A stretch of DNA of 64,000 bases from an uncultured virus (IMG/VR IMGVR_UViG_3300035181_001618) (Duplodnaviria; Heunggongvirae; Uroviricota; Caudoviricetes), in IMG/VR virus record IMGVR_UViG_3300035181_001618, positions 62,001 to 126,000 of that record, one strand, 5' to 3'. A program made the translations under genes and the position numbers. Positions 9,541 to 19,713 of this stretch are shown one piece after another (the stretch's first letter is position 1; each line of letters opens with the position of its first letter). The notes under the pieces were generated by a model. That model searched no databases. It saw only the letters and a list, made by a program, of their open reading frames with translations, and was not told the origin of the DNA.

Positions 9541-10012
9541 CCGCGACCTCGCCGGCTGATCTTGCCTTCGATGTGCTTGATGACATCGGCTACGTCAGAC
9601 AGCTCGTCGCCGTCTTCATCGACAAAGCACTGGGTATCTTCATTCCACTTCATATGGAGCGACTTCTCGTCACGCTCGCCGTTGTAGACAACTTCAAGCG
9701 TGAGGACCCGATCGTTTAGAAACACGCTGGTCTCAGTCACGTCACGCACGTCACGCAAAGCCGTGCGAAGTCGCTACCGTCGCCGATGTACGACTCTGTG
9801 CCGTTGTGCTCCATCCCACTTCAGTCGGCTGGATGAATACCTTGCAGTTAAGGAAAGCATGCTTAATAGTGAGGGTGATGTACTCGTCCCTCCACCTCGC
9901 GCTCGCCTTTAGCTTGACATCGGCGTCATGCACGTGCTCGAGCACTAGCTGCTGAAACTTGAGCGACTCGCTTACGCAGGCTACCGTCTTCAAGCAAGGC
10001 TTGCAGCTTCAT
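9537..10012 (-). pseudogene. frameshifted MKLxxLxE/LKLQQ family gene
   Basis: ATG 10012 gives MKLQALLEDGSLRK; one extra base separates it from ESLKFQQLVLEH; a second break near 9755. Confidence 0.55.
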
Positions 10013-11535
10013 TCCTCTTCGACCTCGATGTCCGACGGTGGCAAGTCGGCCGCCCGTTGGTTATCGTCATTCGGTACGAGCACAGGGATGCCTGCGATCT
10101 TCAACAGGTTGCGACCGATCAAAGCGTCATACTTCATGTCAGCACGAGAGGTGACTGAGAACTCAACCTGGTTGTAGCGGACACCCCGCAGGATGATGTC
10201 AAGCTTGATCAACGGCCGAGTTGACTTACCGTGAGCGTTCCGGATCTTGACATGACGGTCAACCGACACGCGGTAGGTGATGCCGTCGCGCTTGAACTTG
10301 ACCCAGCCGCCAGTTTCACCCACGTCTTCGGCGTGCAGTGAACAGAACGCCGCACCGGTGTCCACTCGTGCATGCATGCCTTGGTCCGCAAGCCGGACGA
10401 TGACCAGCTGCTCAGTGTCGCCAAGCGGTTGGTCACCGTTGACATTCGGGGTTACTTGCACCGGCGCGTCATTGTGCGGCACGTCGAGGGAACCCTCAAT
10501 GCCGTTAGGAACCGCTGGTTCGATCTCAGGAGCGATCTTCGGCTCAGAGACGGGAATACCGTCGTATATGCCGTCGACCACCGCCGGTTCGCCTGAGCCC
10601 GGGACGAACGGAGCATCATGCTTGCCTGACAGCTTAACCAAGCCCTTGATCACAGCCTCAGGCAGGTTCTTGTCCTCCCAGTTCTTCTGGATGGCTTCGA
10701 GGCCTGGCGAGCCGTTGACTTCGAGCACGATTAGCTGGCCATTGTGCTGGATATAGTCGATCGCGCAGAAGCGGGCGCCAAACAGCTCAACGATCTTGCG
10801 AGCGAGCGCCAGCTCCTCCTCGTTAGGCTCGTACTTCTCAGTCTCGGAGCCCAAGTGCGAGTTGGTGCGAAACTCGTCCTTCTCCTTCGGCTGACCACGA
10901 CGGTTAGCCGCCAGCAGGTCATCGCCGATCATGATGATGCGAAGGGACTCCTTGTGCTCGATGAACTCCTGCAGCATCACCTCGGAGCCGCTGTTGGCGA
11001 GGAACGCCTGAGCGACTGAGACGAGGGAGGACTTCGAGTCGACCTTCATAACGCCGATGCCGTGCGTGCCGCGCAGCGTCTTGATGATCATCGGGAACTT
11101 CAGCTGACCGTCCTCCTCAACCTGCTTCAAGGTGAGGTCGAGCATGTCAAGCGAGCCGATGACTGTGCTGTACGGTGTCTGGATTCCGGCGGAGTTCAAG
11201 GCGACCTGCGAACCTAGCTTGTCATTACACAGACCCATGGCTTCGGGCGTGTTGACCATGTACGCGCCGTCGGCCACAAGCCGGTTAAGCACGTTCAGCT
11301 TGTACATGATGTGGTGCTCGTTAAGGCGCGGGATGCATGCAAACGGCGGCTTCAGCTCGGCCAGCTTGTCGTCATCCACCTTGTACATGACCTTGGACTT
11401 ACCCGTGGTCTCGACGATGAAGGTGTGGCGAATGTCGATGATAGTGCATTCATAGCCTAATTTTTCAGCTTCAGCTTTTAGCTGAACAGGGACAAAGTTT
11501 TTAGGCTCCGCCGTAAGAAGGTAAATAGGTAGCAT
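10009..11535 (-). CDS. rimK: RimK-type ATP-grasp ligase fused to a RimB-like retropepsin protease
   Basis: NDKL, PMIIKTLRGTHGIGV, LQEFI, FRTNSHLG, LEVNGSPG; C-terminal ARVDTGA..SLHA...R..MKY..LIGRNLL. Confidence 0.88.
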   Translation of the reverse strand: MLPIYLLTAEPKNFVPVQLKAEAEKLGYECTIIDIRHTFIVETTGKSKVMYKVDDDKLAELKPPFACIPRLNEHHIMYKLNVLNRLVADGAYMVNTPEAMGLCNDKLGSQVALNSAGIQTPYSTVIGSLDMLDLTLKQVEEDGQLKFPMIIKTLRGTHGIGVMKVDSKSSLVSVAQAFLANSGSEVMLQEFIEHKESLRIIMIGDDLLAANRRGQPKEKDEFRTNSHLGSETEKYEPNEEELALARKIVELFGARFCAIDYIQHNGQLIVLEVNGSPGLEAIQKNWEDKNLPEAVIKGLVKLSGKHDAPFVPGSGEPAVVDGIYDGIPVSEPKIAPEIEPAVPNGIEGSLDVPHNDAPVQVTPNVNGDQPLGDTEQLVIVRLADQGMHARVDTGAAFCSLHAEDVGETGGWVKFKRDGITYRVSVDRHVKIRNAHGKSTRPLIKLDIILRGVRYNQVEFSVTSRADMKYDALIGRNLLKIAGIPVLVPNDDNQRAADLPPSDIEVEEE

Positions 11536-12364
11536 GAATAACTTTCTATCAAACAAATATACTGCACTCTATAATAAGCTAGTCGATCGAGCTTTGAATA
11601 GAGAATCAATGACCCAATACGTTGAAAAACATCATATTCTTCCTAAAGCCTTAGGTGGCACCGATCTTAAGTCAAATATTGTCAAGTTAACAGCACGAGA
11701 ACATTTTATTTGTCACGTGTTACTTGTTAAAATGACTCAAGGCGATGACAAGCGAAGGATGGCGTTTGCTCTTTCTATGATGTGTAAATCAACGCTGAAA
11801 CATCAAAGATATTTACCAAGATCGAGCCGATGGTTTGAGTCCATCAGAGAACAGAGTGTTTTACTAAGAAGAGGTTTAAAACATAAGTCCCATTCTAGCG
11901 GCTGGAAGCAATCAGATGAGACAAAGAAGAAAATTTCATTAGCTCACAAAGGCAAAGTAATGACTATGCATACCAGAGAGCTGCTTTCTAAAGCTCATAC
12001 TGGTAAAACTCTGTCATCTGAACACAAAGCAGCAATAAAGAAGACAGCGCTAGCTACAGGATATTCTCATCCGAAGGAGCTCATTGATCAAATTGCTAAA
12101 GCCAATACGGGCCAAAAACGGTCTAATGAAACTAAGCAAAAACTACGAGAGTTTCGTGCTAAGCAAGTCATTGCTCTTAAAGAGTGGACGTTACAACGAC
12201 CTGACGGCGAATTTATCACGGTAACGAGGTTAAAAGAGTTTTGTCAGGTTAATAAGCTTGGTCTATCAAAACTGCTTCAAACACAGCAAACAAAAAAGCC
12301 AGTAGAAGTTGGCTATTCTGTTGGCTGGATGATCATAAGTACTAACGGTGGGCACAAGAGCTAG
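11534..12364 (+). mobile_element. free-standing HNH homing endonuclease with NUMOD3-like repeats
   Basis: EKHHILPK..GG..NIVKLTAREHFICH; SDETKKKISLAHKGK; AT-rich and antisense to the operon. Confidence 0.88.
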
Positions 12365-12681
12365 CCTTGCGGGCCGTAAGTGTAGGACTGTACTTCGGCC
12401 GCAATGTCAGCATCGTCTTGGCTGTTGTTAGAGCCAGTTACGGCGCGCCACTCATCCTCTCGGCTCTCATACACGTAGAGCTGCCAACCGTCATGCTCGA
12501 GAATCAGCTCCAGCTTAGGCTCCAAGCCCATAGTGAAGTAGGTGATGAACAGGCATAGCTTCCCGTTGTCATGCTTTCCAAGCTTGATGTCAAACTTGCC
12601 TTGAAGATGGTCAAGCAGATATTGCTGCAGCTTGAGCAGCCGCCCACGGCTAACGTCCTCGACCAGCTGAGCTAGCTTCAT
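12361..12681 (-). CDS. MKLxxLxE/LKLQQ family protein
   Basis: MKLAQLVED...LLKLQQYLLD. Confidence 0.65.
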   Translation of the reverse strand: MKLAQLVEDVSRGRLLKLQQYLLDHLQGKFDIKLGKHDNGKLCLFITYFTMGLEPKLELILEHDGWQLYVYESREDEWRAVTGSNNSQDDADIAAEVQSYTYGPQG

Positions 12682-12818
12682 TCGACGATGCCCTTGATGT
12701 ACTCAATCAGGCTTTCAGCCGTCGTGAACTTGTCGATCAGCTCTTGCTGGATTGTTAGCAGGAGGGTACGTGCTTCCCTTTCAGGTAGCTTCTCCTCTAA
12801 CAAGCCCGCGAGCTTCAC
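12678..12818 (-). CDS. minimal MKLxxLxE/LKLQQ family protein (46 aa)
   Basis: GTG start, MKLAGLLEEKLPEREARTLLLTIQQELIDKFTTAESLIEYIKGIVE; start/stop overlaps at both ends. Confidence 0.55.
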   Translation of the reverse strand: MKLAGLLEEKLPEREARTLLLTIQQELIDKFTTAESLIEYIKGIVE

Positions 12819-13627
12819 TTCAGCGCGCCTCGCTTGACCAGCTGCTCATACTCAGTCAGCGTGATCACGACGCACTTGGCGCCGGTCCACACCTCGCGGT
12901 TCTCAGGCAGGTTGTAGAGGGAGGTCAACGTGTGAAAGCCGTTGTCATCGGGGTCGAGCAGCTTGCTCAGCTGCAGAGCCAGGCTGCTGTCAAACATGTT
13001 GAACGCACGCCGCAGGTGCAAGCGGTCAATGGCCTTGATGTCGTCAGGCTTGAGCTTGTTGACCACGCTGCGAGCCTGGTCCAGCTTGTCGACAAGCTTC
13101 AAAAACTGGACAGCGCTCTCAGGCTCGCCCCACGGGCCAAAGTCCGGGTCCGCCTTCTTGACAACCTCATGCAGGCTCTTGAGCCAACCGCAAAGGGCTT
13201 CGTTGTCAACCTTCTCGACCTCGAGCTTGGCGTGAGCCTTCGTGAAGCTGCGGTAGAAGCTGGTGCCGCTGGTTGTGTGGACTCGTGCGCCGTCGAATGG
13301 GATCAGCAAGCAGACTTGACCGGTACCACGGCTCTCTGCAAGAGCCTTGCTGGTCCAGCCTCGAATAGCGTTCAAGCGTGAGGTCCAACCGCGCCACGAG
13401 CTAAGCATGCCCGTCAGCTCGTCGATAATGAACTTGGACTTGCGGGCTGAACGCGCGGGGTCAACGACGAAGAACGGGTCCTTAGTCTCGACCTTGGTGT
13501 AGATCGGTTGACGCTTGATAGCGTCATAGGCGTTGCGCGCTGGGCCACGGAGGAGCGTGACCAGCTCCTCTTCGTTCATGTCCGTCTTGATGCGCTTGAC
13601 GCTACCTGAAAGCTCAACTAGCTTCAT
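12815..13627 (-). CDS. hypothetical protein, probable internal head protein
   Basis: MKLVEL start, part of a late operon. Confidence 0.55.
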   Translation of the reverse strand: MKLVELSGSVKRIKTDMNEEELVTLLRGPARNAYDAIKRQPIYTKVETKDPFFVVDPARSARKSKFIIDELTGMLSSWRGWTSRLNAIRGWTSKALAESRGTGQVCLLIPFDGARVHTTSGTSFYRSFTKAHAKLEVEKVDNEALCGWLKSLHEVVKKADPDFGPWGEPESAVQFLKLVDKLDQARSVVNKLKPDDIKAIDRLHLRRAFNMFDSSLALQLSKLLDPDDNGFHTLTSLYNLPENREVWTGAKCVVITLTEYEQLVKRGALK

Positions 13628-14070
13628 TACTTGCTCAGCTTAGACAGTGGGTGGACCTTGATGCTGTTCTGCGGCACTCCAGCGTTAGCCTTGATCCGGT
13701 CTAGCATGCTTTCACGCACGCTAAGGTCAACCGTGGGCTCGACCATTGCAGGCACCGTTTGCGAAGCAGGTTCAGGAGCTAACGATGCTACAGGCTGTAC
13801 CATCGAAGTCTGGCCAGTAGCCTTGTCAGTGACAAGCTCAGCCGAGAGGTTGTCAAGCTCAGCTTTCATGATGCCGACCTCCTTCTCAAGCTGATCAACG
13901 ATTGCCGAGCGGTTCTCATGGCTGCTAACGATGTTGAACAGCGAGCGCAGGTGCGAGATCATCGTCACCCAGTAGCCCACGGCTCCGATCATCTCTTCGT
14001 GAGTGCCGGTAAACGGCGGTGTCACGAGAGCATGCATGCTCTCTTTTAGCTTATCAATGTCAGTGGTCAT
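13627..14070 (-). CDS. hypothetical late protein
   Basis: TAAATA at 14089-14094 and GGAG RBS. Confidence 0.6.
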   Translation of the reverse strand: MTTDIDKLKESMHALVTPPFTGTHEEMIGAVGYWVTMISHLRSLFNIVSSHENRSAIVDQLEKEVGIMKAELDNLSAELVTDKATGQTSMVQPVASLAPEPASQTVPAMVEPTVDLSVRESMLDRIKANAGVPQNSIKVHPLSKLSK

Positions 14071-14095
14071 GTGCAGCTCCAGATGGGCTATTTAG

Positions 14096-14773
14096 TTAGA
14101 TGGGCAGCTCAGCGTAGAACTTGTCAGTACGAGCGAGCAGGTCGAGAATCATCTGCTCGTCAAGCCGCTTCTTGAAGACGAGCGGAAGCTTGTTCTCGAC
14201 GCCCATCATGATGACGAGCTTCTCGATATTGGTGCCGTACATTTCATTGTGAGCCAAGGCGTAGAACGCTGTCTGGATCCAGTAGTCACCGATGTCAGAG
14301 GCGTCCTTGATTCGAGTCGAGGTCTTGTAGTCGACGATGCTGAGCTCGCCTTGGTGCTCAGCGACCATGTCACAGCGTCCCGCTACCTTGAAGGTGTTCG
14401 AGTAGAGGACCATCTCTTGACCTACCACAGCGCCCACTTTGGTCAGCTCGAGCTTCATGCTGTTGAAGACACGGACATGATCATCGGGGAACTCAGCCTT
14501 GCGGATGTCCTCGCCTCGTACGTGACGCTCCAACATGGTGTGGACGTTTGTACCCCTGTCCGTAGCCAGCTTTGACTTCCTAGCGGCCTCTGATTCGCCC
14601 ACACGTGCCTTCCAAGTGCCAAGCCAAGCCTTGGTCTCTTCAGTCGGCGTGTGACCTAGCACCGTAGTAATGCTAGGGTAGAGCCCGATCTCGCCTAGGT
14701 CGTAGAACCGCCGACCTAAGACTTGCTCGGTCTTGTAGTCCACGTAGTTGTAGCGGTTCAGGTCGAGGATCAT
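14096..14773 (-). CDS. PD-(D/E)XK (Cas4/RecB-like) exonuclease
   Basis: YPSITTVL, RGTNVH, AGRCD, IVDYKTS and Q..FY motifs. Confidence 0.85.
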   Translation of the reverse strand: MILDLNRYNYVDYKTEQVLGRRFYDLGEIGLYPSITTVLGHTPTEETKAWLGTWKARVGESEAARKSKLATDRGTNVHTMLERHVRGEDIRKAEFPDDHVRVFNSMKLELTKVGAVVGQEMVLYSNTFKVAGRCDMVAEHQGELSIVDYKTSTRIKDASDIGDYWIQTAFYALAHNEMYGTNIEKLVIMMGVENKLPLVFKKRLDEQMILDLLARTDKFYAELPI

Positions 14774-16581
14774 TCTTGGTCCGGCTTGTCGCTCTTGGCG
14801 TTGTCAGCGTCACCCTGCAGCACCTGACCGCCTGCATCGAGGAAGGCGGAGATGTCCGGCGGAGCCAGCTGGATCTTGGTGTCGGTGCCCATCAGCTTGA
14901 CTACAGCTGAGCTGCCGCGCGGCGAGAAGGTGGCAAACTTGCCTGAACCCAGCTGCACCGACATGGTCTGCTTGTTGTTGAGGGCCTTCATAGCGCGTTC
15001 GAGGCTCTCGCCCGCCAGCTCCAACGTGCCGCCTGGGAAGCTCATATGCAGCGCGTCACCTTCTGACTTAAAGGCGATGCCTGAGTCCGTTGCGTCGAGG
15101 TTGACGGGTGGCTTAGCAGGCTCGGGAGCTGCGGTCGCCTGCTCCTCCTCTTCGCTGGTCTCCTCGGCAGGCTCTTCAGCCGGCTCCTCATCCTTCTTCG
15201 GCTCGTCGAAGCTCATGTCAGCCTCAGACAGGTCAAGCTTATCAAGCTCGAGCTTGACGGCTTGCAGCAGGCGTTTAACATTGCTGCTCAGCGAGCCGAA
15301 CGAGCTCCGTGCTTCTAGCATCAGGCGCTTGAAGGCTTGCGACATGATGATGCGGTCAGCCATGGCAGCCTTCGGGTCATCGGCGACTCGTAACAGCGTA
15401 GCCAGCAGCTCGCCCATCTCAACGTAGGTGAACGCTTCTGTCACAAGCTGTGCGCCGGCAGCGTCAACGCTGTTTGCGACGAGGATCGCCTTTTCAAGCA
15501 GGTTGAGCTTGGTGCGCAAGCCGTTAGTCATGCGGCCCACAATGCGTGAGCTCGAACGGGCCACCAACGACTTGAACTGTTGGTTGGTCATGACCCGTTC
15601 GGCGTAGCTCTTGTCATTGGTGCCGTCGGCAAGCTTGAAGATGCCGCTGACCGCTTCCCAGTACATACCAGCCGTCGTGTCAGGGTTCAGCTCTTCTTTG
15701 ACTGGCTTCGGCGCAGGCTTGGAGGACTTGACAGGCTCCTTGAAGACAGGCTTCTTAGACGACGGTTCTACCGGCTCGTCCTTCGGCATGTGCTTGGCCA
15801 TCTGCTTCGGCGCCTTGTCGTGCACCTTCGGCTCTACATTCTCAGCAGGCGCGTCTTCGAGGTCCTTGTCATGCTTATTGCTGCGGTCATCGAGCGCTTG
15901 CTGCTTGATGAAGGTCTTCAGCGTGCTGCGCATGGTCGGCGTGTGGGCTAGCTCGAGGGCCGTGTCCTTGATGCCGCGGAGGATCGCGCTACGGTATGGG
16001 CTCTTGTCGAGCGCCAGCTCAGGAACGCCCAGGTGCAGGATCGCCTGATAGATCAGGTGCTGGTTGACCGTGGACAGCTGGTTGGCGATGCTGTGGTGGT
16101 TCGCTTCGGCCAGCAGGTCTGCCGTCAGCTCCTCGCCGTAGGAGAGCTCCTCGTTGGCTTGCTTCTCTTTAGCCTTGTTGTCCTTCGAGTAGACTTTCGA
16201 ATTCATGACTTCAGAGCCATCAGTCTCATCAGTTGCTTCAGGGTCAGCGTCCTCAGCGTCATCGCCTTCGGTGTCCTCTGAGTCTTCAGGCCACTCCACG
16301 TCGATGATCTCGATGTCCTTGGAGATCTCGTTCAAGGCCTCCTCGATGTCATCGATCTCGCCGAGCATAGCGGCCATCTCTTGCTGAAACTTGTCAGCGT
16401 CCTCAACCTTGACGTAGACTTTGACAATCTGACCGTCATCGGTTTCGAGGCCAAAAGCCACTGTGTCGACCTCATCTTTGGTCGCCGCATGCGTGATCTG
16501 GTTTTTGACATTGCGTTCAATGTCAGCGTCCTCATTGAGGAAGCCAAACTCGCCCATCAGTTGCTTGATCATGTCAGTCAT
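14770..16581 (-). CDS. acidic probable internal head/core protein
   Basis: many L/V-x-E sites (FLNE, LLAE, VKEE, LVTE, LMLE, LSE) and acidic linkers. Confidence 0.5.
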   Translation of the reverse strand: MTDMIKQLMGEFGFLNEDADIERNVKNQITHAATKDEVDTVAFGLETDDGQIVKVYVKVEDADKFQQEMAAMLGEIDDIEEALNEISKDIEIIDVEWPEDSEDTEGDDAEDADPEATDETDGSEVMNSKVYSKDNKAKEKQANEELSYGEELTADLLAEANHHSIANQLSTVNQHLIYQAILHLGVPELALDKSPYRSAILRGIKDTALELAHTPTMRSTLKTFIKQQALDDRSNKHDKDLEDAPAENVEPKVHDKAPKQMAKHMPKDEPVEPSSKKPVFKEPVKSSKPAPKPVKEELNPDTTAGMYWEAVSGIFKLADGTNDKSYAERVMTNQQFKSLVARSSSRIVGRMTNGLRTKLNLLEKAILVANSVDAAGAQLVTEAFTYVEMGELLATLLRVADDPKAAMADRIIMSQAFKRLMLEARSSFGSLSSNVKRLLQAVKLELDKLDLSEADMSFDEPKKDEEPAEEPAEETSEEEEQATAAPEPAKPPVNLDATDSGIAFKSEGDALHMSFPGGTLELAGESLERAMKALNNKQTMSVQLGSGKFATFSPRGSSAVVKLMGTDTKIQLAPPDISAFLDAGGQVLQGDADNAKSDKPDQE

Positions 16582-17470
16582 TGTCTGTCCTCTTCTTAAC
16601 CTTGAAGCCAGCAGGCGCCTTGAACCTGATGGCTTTGAACTTCCGCTTGCGCTTCTTGATCAGCTTGTCGGTAGCGTCGGCGCCCTTGGTGCCCTTTACT
16701 TGGGTACTGGACTTGTTTTGGTAGCCGTACTGGCTACCTGCATCAACACCCGCGGGCTTGATGATGTTGTTCGTGTTGCCGAAGATCGGCATGCTAGCGT
16801 TGCCAAAGCCTGAAACGCTCACAACCTCGCCATCCTCGTTGAGAGTGAGGCGGCATTCGCCGAGCCTACGGAAGGAGACAACTTTCATCGCGAGGGCTTT
16901 CAGGTCATTGAGCATCGTAGAGCCTGCCAGCTCCCGCATGCGTGCTAGCAGGTTTGACTTTGGGTCAGCCTGCATCAGGTAGAGGAATGAGTCGCCGACG
17001 GCTTTGCGCTTGCCTGCTTCGCTCAGCGAATCCCACTTTTGCATGGCGCGCACAACGTGGCCGTAGTAGGAGCTCTTAAGCTCGAAACGGTGGGCCATCA
17101 CGACTAGGGAGGCTGTAGTTTCGGCCCAATCGATGCTCTTCGGGTCGGTTAGCGGTACATGCATCACCTTCTGGATGCGCGAGTGCAGGATACGGCCTGA
17201 CTCCTTGGCGAGGAGGTCGGCGTGGCCGAACGCCATCAGCTTTTGCACCTGCGGGTCTGTTGGGTAGAACAGCACTCGCCCCCAAAAGTTGAGGTCGCTC
17301 ATGCCTGTCTCAAACTTGGTTAGCTTGCTGTGACCTGGGTCTCGCACAAGCTGCATCCCCTTCAAGTCATGCAAGCGTGCCATGAGCAAGGCAGCAAGGT
17401 AGTTAGCGAAGAACGCATTCTTGACCGTGTCCGAGTCAGCGCCGCGCAAGCGTTGCATCTGAGCTGTCAC
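16574..17470 (-). CDS. hypothetical protein, probable virion component
   Basis: 298-aa ORF coupled to both neighbours; basic C-terminus. Confidence 0.55.
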   Translation of the reverse strand: MTAQMQRLRGADSDTVKNAFFANYLAALLMARLHDLKGMQLVRDPGHSKLTKFETGMSDLNFWGRVLFYPTDPQVQKLMAFGHADLLAKESGRILHSRIQKVMHVPLTDPKSIDWAETTASLVVMAHRFELKSSYYGHVVRAMQKWDSLSEAGKRKAVGDSFLYLMQADPKSNLLARMRELAGSTMLNDLKALAMKVVSFRRLGECRLTLNEDGEVVSVSGFGNASMPIFGNTNNIIKPAGVDAGSQYGYQNKSSTQVKGTKGADATDKLIKKRKRKFKAIRFKAPAGFKVKKRTDND

Positions 17471-19122
17471 TCTTCCTCCCCTGGCTTCTGCTCGCCTTCA
17501 GCGCCTTCTTCCTCAGGCGCTTCAGCTTGCTCCTCTTCAGGAGGCAGGTCTTCGTCAGTAGGCTCGTCCTTGAGCTCGTCCTGCTCGTCATCAGGCGGCG
17601 GAGGCACGGCGACCTTTTGCGGGTTCTTCGGATACATCACGTCAAGGGCGTCCTTGAGGTAGAACTCGAAGAGGTCCGTAAAGCCGTTTGCTGACCTGAT
17701 GGCCCGCAGGCTTTGGTTGACGGTCATGAAGCCTTCAGCGAAGGTCATGAGCGTCCGGCGCCGAATCTCCGGGGTGTACTTGACTGTCTTGCCGGTCGGC
17801 AACTGAAGCTCGAGCTCGTCAACCGTGCTCTTGAACTCGTCCAACTCGTCTTCGAGCTCTGACATGCAATGAGTCATGACTGCGGCCATCTTGCGCTTGA
17901 TCGCCATGAAGTTGAGCGACTTAACGGTCTCTTGCAGCTTCTTCAGGGTCTCTTGGCGGGTGTCAGCCTTGAAGGGCTCGAGGGCTCGCTTAGCCTGGCC
18001 AGGCATCTCGAGGTCAGGGATGCTGAAGAGGCGCATGCACCGAACCTTGGCATCGCCGATGATGCCGCCGCGCGACTCGAGGGAGAGGTCCTCGTTTGAG
18101 GTCGTGATTCGGCCGACGATCCGGTTGCGCACTTGATAGAAGAACTTGTTGACGGCTGTGAAGTCGTCACGGTCTACGATCTTGAAGCGTTCGCTGGTCT
18201 CTTTGTCGGTGAAGATCAAGCCTTCGATACTCATGAAGCCTGCGTCATCGGACTTGCCGCTGCGCAGGCTAGGCTTCTGCTTTCGTACCAAGTTCTCAAG
18301 AAACTCGTTCTTGATCGGGATCATGTAGTCGGTGCGAATCTTCTCATTGAGAGCCTTGCGCACCTCGCCGAGCTTCTGTCCCTTGTCCTTGGTCACCTCA
18401 TAGTTGGTCATGTCGATGCCGATGTCTTCGGCGCCGCCGCAGGGCTGCTCGAGGAACTTCTCAAGCGAGTCGAGCATGTCCTTGTAGCGAACCTTGGCGA
18501 TCTCTTCAGGCGGCACAACGTCCGAGCGAGAGAACGACCACTTCATCGGGCGAGGAATCTTGACAAAGTTGATACCGTCGGTGGTGTCCGCTGCATCGAT
18601 ATTCGTGTTGACAACTTGGCCGTCAAGCGCTTCGGTCAAGCGCTTCGCCAGCGTATAGTCAAGCTTGTGCGTTGGGTCATCGCCTGGCACAGGCTCGAGG
18701 AAGGCGACATAGGACATGCCGCCACGGCCGTAGATGACCGTGTTAGGCTGATCGCCGTAGATGACCTCGCAGCTGATAGCCATACCAGGCTTGAGCACCT
18801 TCATGATGGTGTCTTTGGCTTCTTCGAGCGCCGCATGCGCCGTCTTGAAGCCGTCATATGCCGGGCGCTTCGGGAAGTCAGCGACCTTGTAGAACCGGTC
18901 GCCGCCCTTCTGCTCGCGCGAGGTATAGAACCGACCTTGCACATCAACACCTAAGACTAGGTTGGCGCCGTCTAGCTTTTGGACACAGCGAAGCTTCGGA
19001 AGCTCTTTAAGCATCCGAAGGAACGTCTCGATCGGCAGGTCCTCGAGGTGAGTGATGCCGTAAGCGTCCTCCTTGAGGAGGACCTTAGCGCGAGTTACGA
19101 GGGTCTTGAATGTATGTTTCAT
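17467..19122 (-). CDS. Rnl2-like covalent nucleotidyltransferase (RNA ligase fold)
   Basis: QKLDGAN (motif I), CEVIYG (III), IEGLIF (IV), RFKIV (V); late promoter upstream. Confidence 0.6.
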   Translation of the reverse strand: MKHTFKTLVTRAKVLLKEDAYGITHLEDLPIETFLRMLKELPKLRCVQKLDGANLVLGVDVQGRFYTSREQKGGDRFYKVADFPKRPAYDGFKTAHAALEEAKDTIMKVLKPGMAISCEVIYGDQPNTVIYGRGGMSYVAFLEPVPGDDPTHKLDYTLAKRLTEALDGQVVNTNIDAADTTDGINFVKIPRPMKWSFSRSDVVPPEEIAKVRYKDMLDSLEKFLEQPCGGAEDIGIDMTNYEVTKDKGQKLGEVRKALNEKIRTDYMIPIKNEFLENLVRKQKPSLRSGKSDDAGFMSIEGLIFTDKETSERFKIVDRDDFTAVNKFFYQVRNRIVGRITTSNEDLSLESRGGIIGDAKVRCMRLFSIPDLEMPGQAKRALEPFKADTRQETLKKLQETVKSLNFMAIKRKMAAVMTHCMSELEDELDEFKSTVDELELQLPTGKTVKYTPEIRRRTLMTFAEGFMTVNQSLRAIRSANGFTDLFEFYLKDALDVMYPKNPQKVAVPPPPDDEQDELKDEPTDEDLPPEEEQAEAPEEEGAEGEQKPGEEE

Positions 19123-19170
19123 GGCGGCTAGCGGCTATTTATTGGCCGAAAGCTTGCCATGCTGCAACGT

Positions 19171-19527
19171 TCAGGTCCCGCGCTTCCGGTTGATGCTCGG
19201 GCGCTTTACGGCGGGGCCAGGAATGGCCGGGTCATTGGCCGGCTGGGGTGGCTGCGGGACCGTGCCCGAGGCCACGGCTGCGGCTGCGGCCAACCGGTCG
19301 ACCTCCTCAGGGCTCAGAGCCGGCAGGTCCTTGATTAGGTCGCGGAACATGTTGCCCATACTAGCGAGAGCATGCTGTGACACGAGTAGCGCCTTTTTGT
19401 GGCCGCGGATAGTGTCCTCGGTCTCAAGATAGACCGTCAGGAGCTCGCGCATGTCCTGGTTGAGGGTTGAAACGGCGTATGTGTTGCCGTCGAGGTTGAA
19501 AGTGGTGATCTCGTCAAGCTTGGCCAT
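19171..19527 (-). CDS. hypothetical late protein
   Basis: TAAATA at 19555-19560, AGGAG RBS. Confidence 0.65.
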   Translation of the reverse strand: MAKLDEITTFNLDGNTYAVSTLNQDMRELLTVYLETEDTIRGHKKALLVSQHALASMGNMFRDLIKDLPALSPEEVDRLAAAAAVASGTVPQPPQPANDPAIPGPAVKRPSINRKRGT

Positions 19528-19557
19528 GTGGCTCTCCTATGGGGTATGAGGTAGTAT

Positions 19558-19713
19558 TTAGGTGCCGAAAATCAGCAACATGGAGCAAGTAAACAGGGCA
19601 AAGTAGCCCATGAATACTCGCTCCTTGCGTGTTTGATTAGTTAGCGCTGACGACAGCAGGGACAACCCTGAACTGAGACAGATGAGGGCAAACATGAAGT
19701 TAGCGACGTTCAT
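19558..19713 (-). CDS. small two-TM membrane protein (51 aa)
   Basis: MNVANFMFALICLSSGLSLL...VFMGYFALFTCSMLLIFGT; ATGA overlap with the helicase stop. Confidence 0.5.
   Translation of the reverse strand: MNVANFMFALICLSSGLSLLSSALTNQTRKERVFMGYFALFTCSMLLIFGT

Noticed and set aside
14096..14773. Cas4-like nuclease as evidence of CRISPR-Cas
   Set aside because: No array or other cas genes are seen; this is a common phage exonuclease
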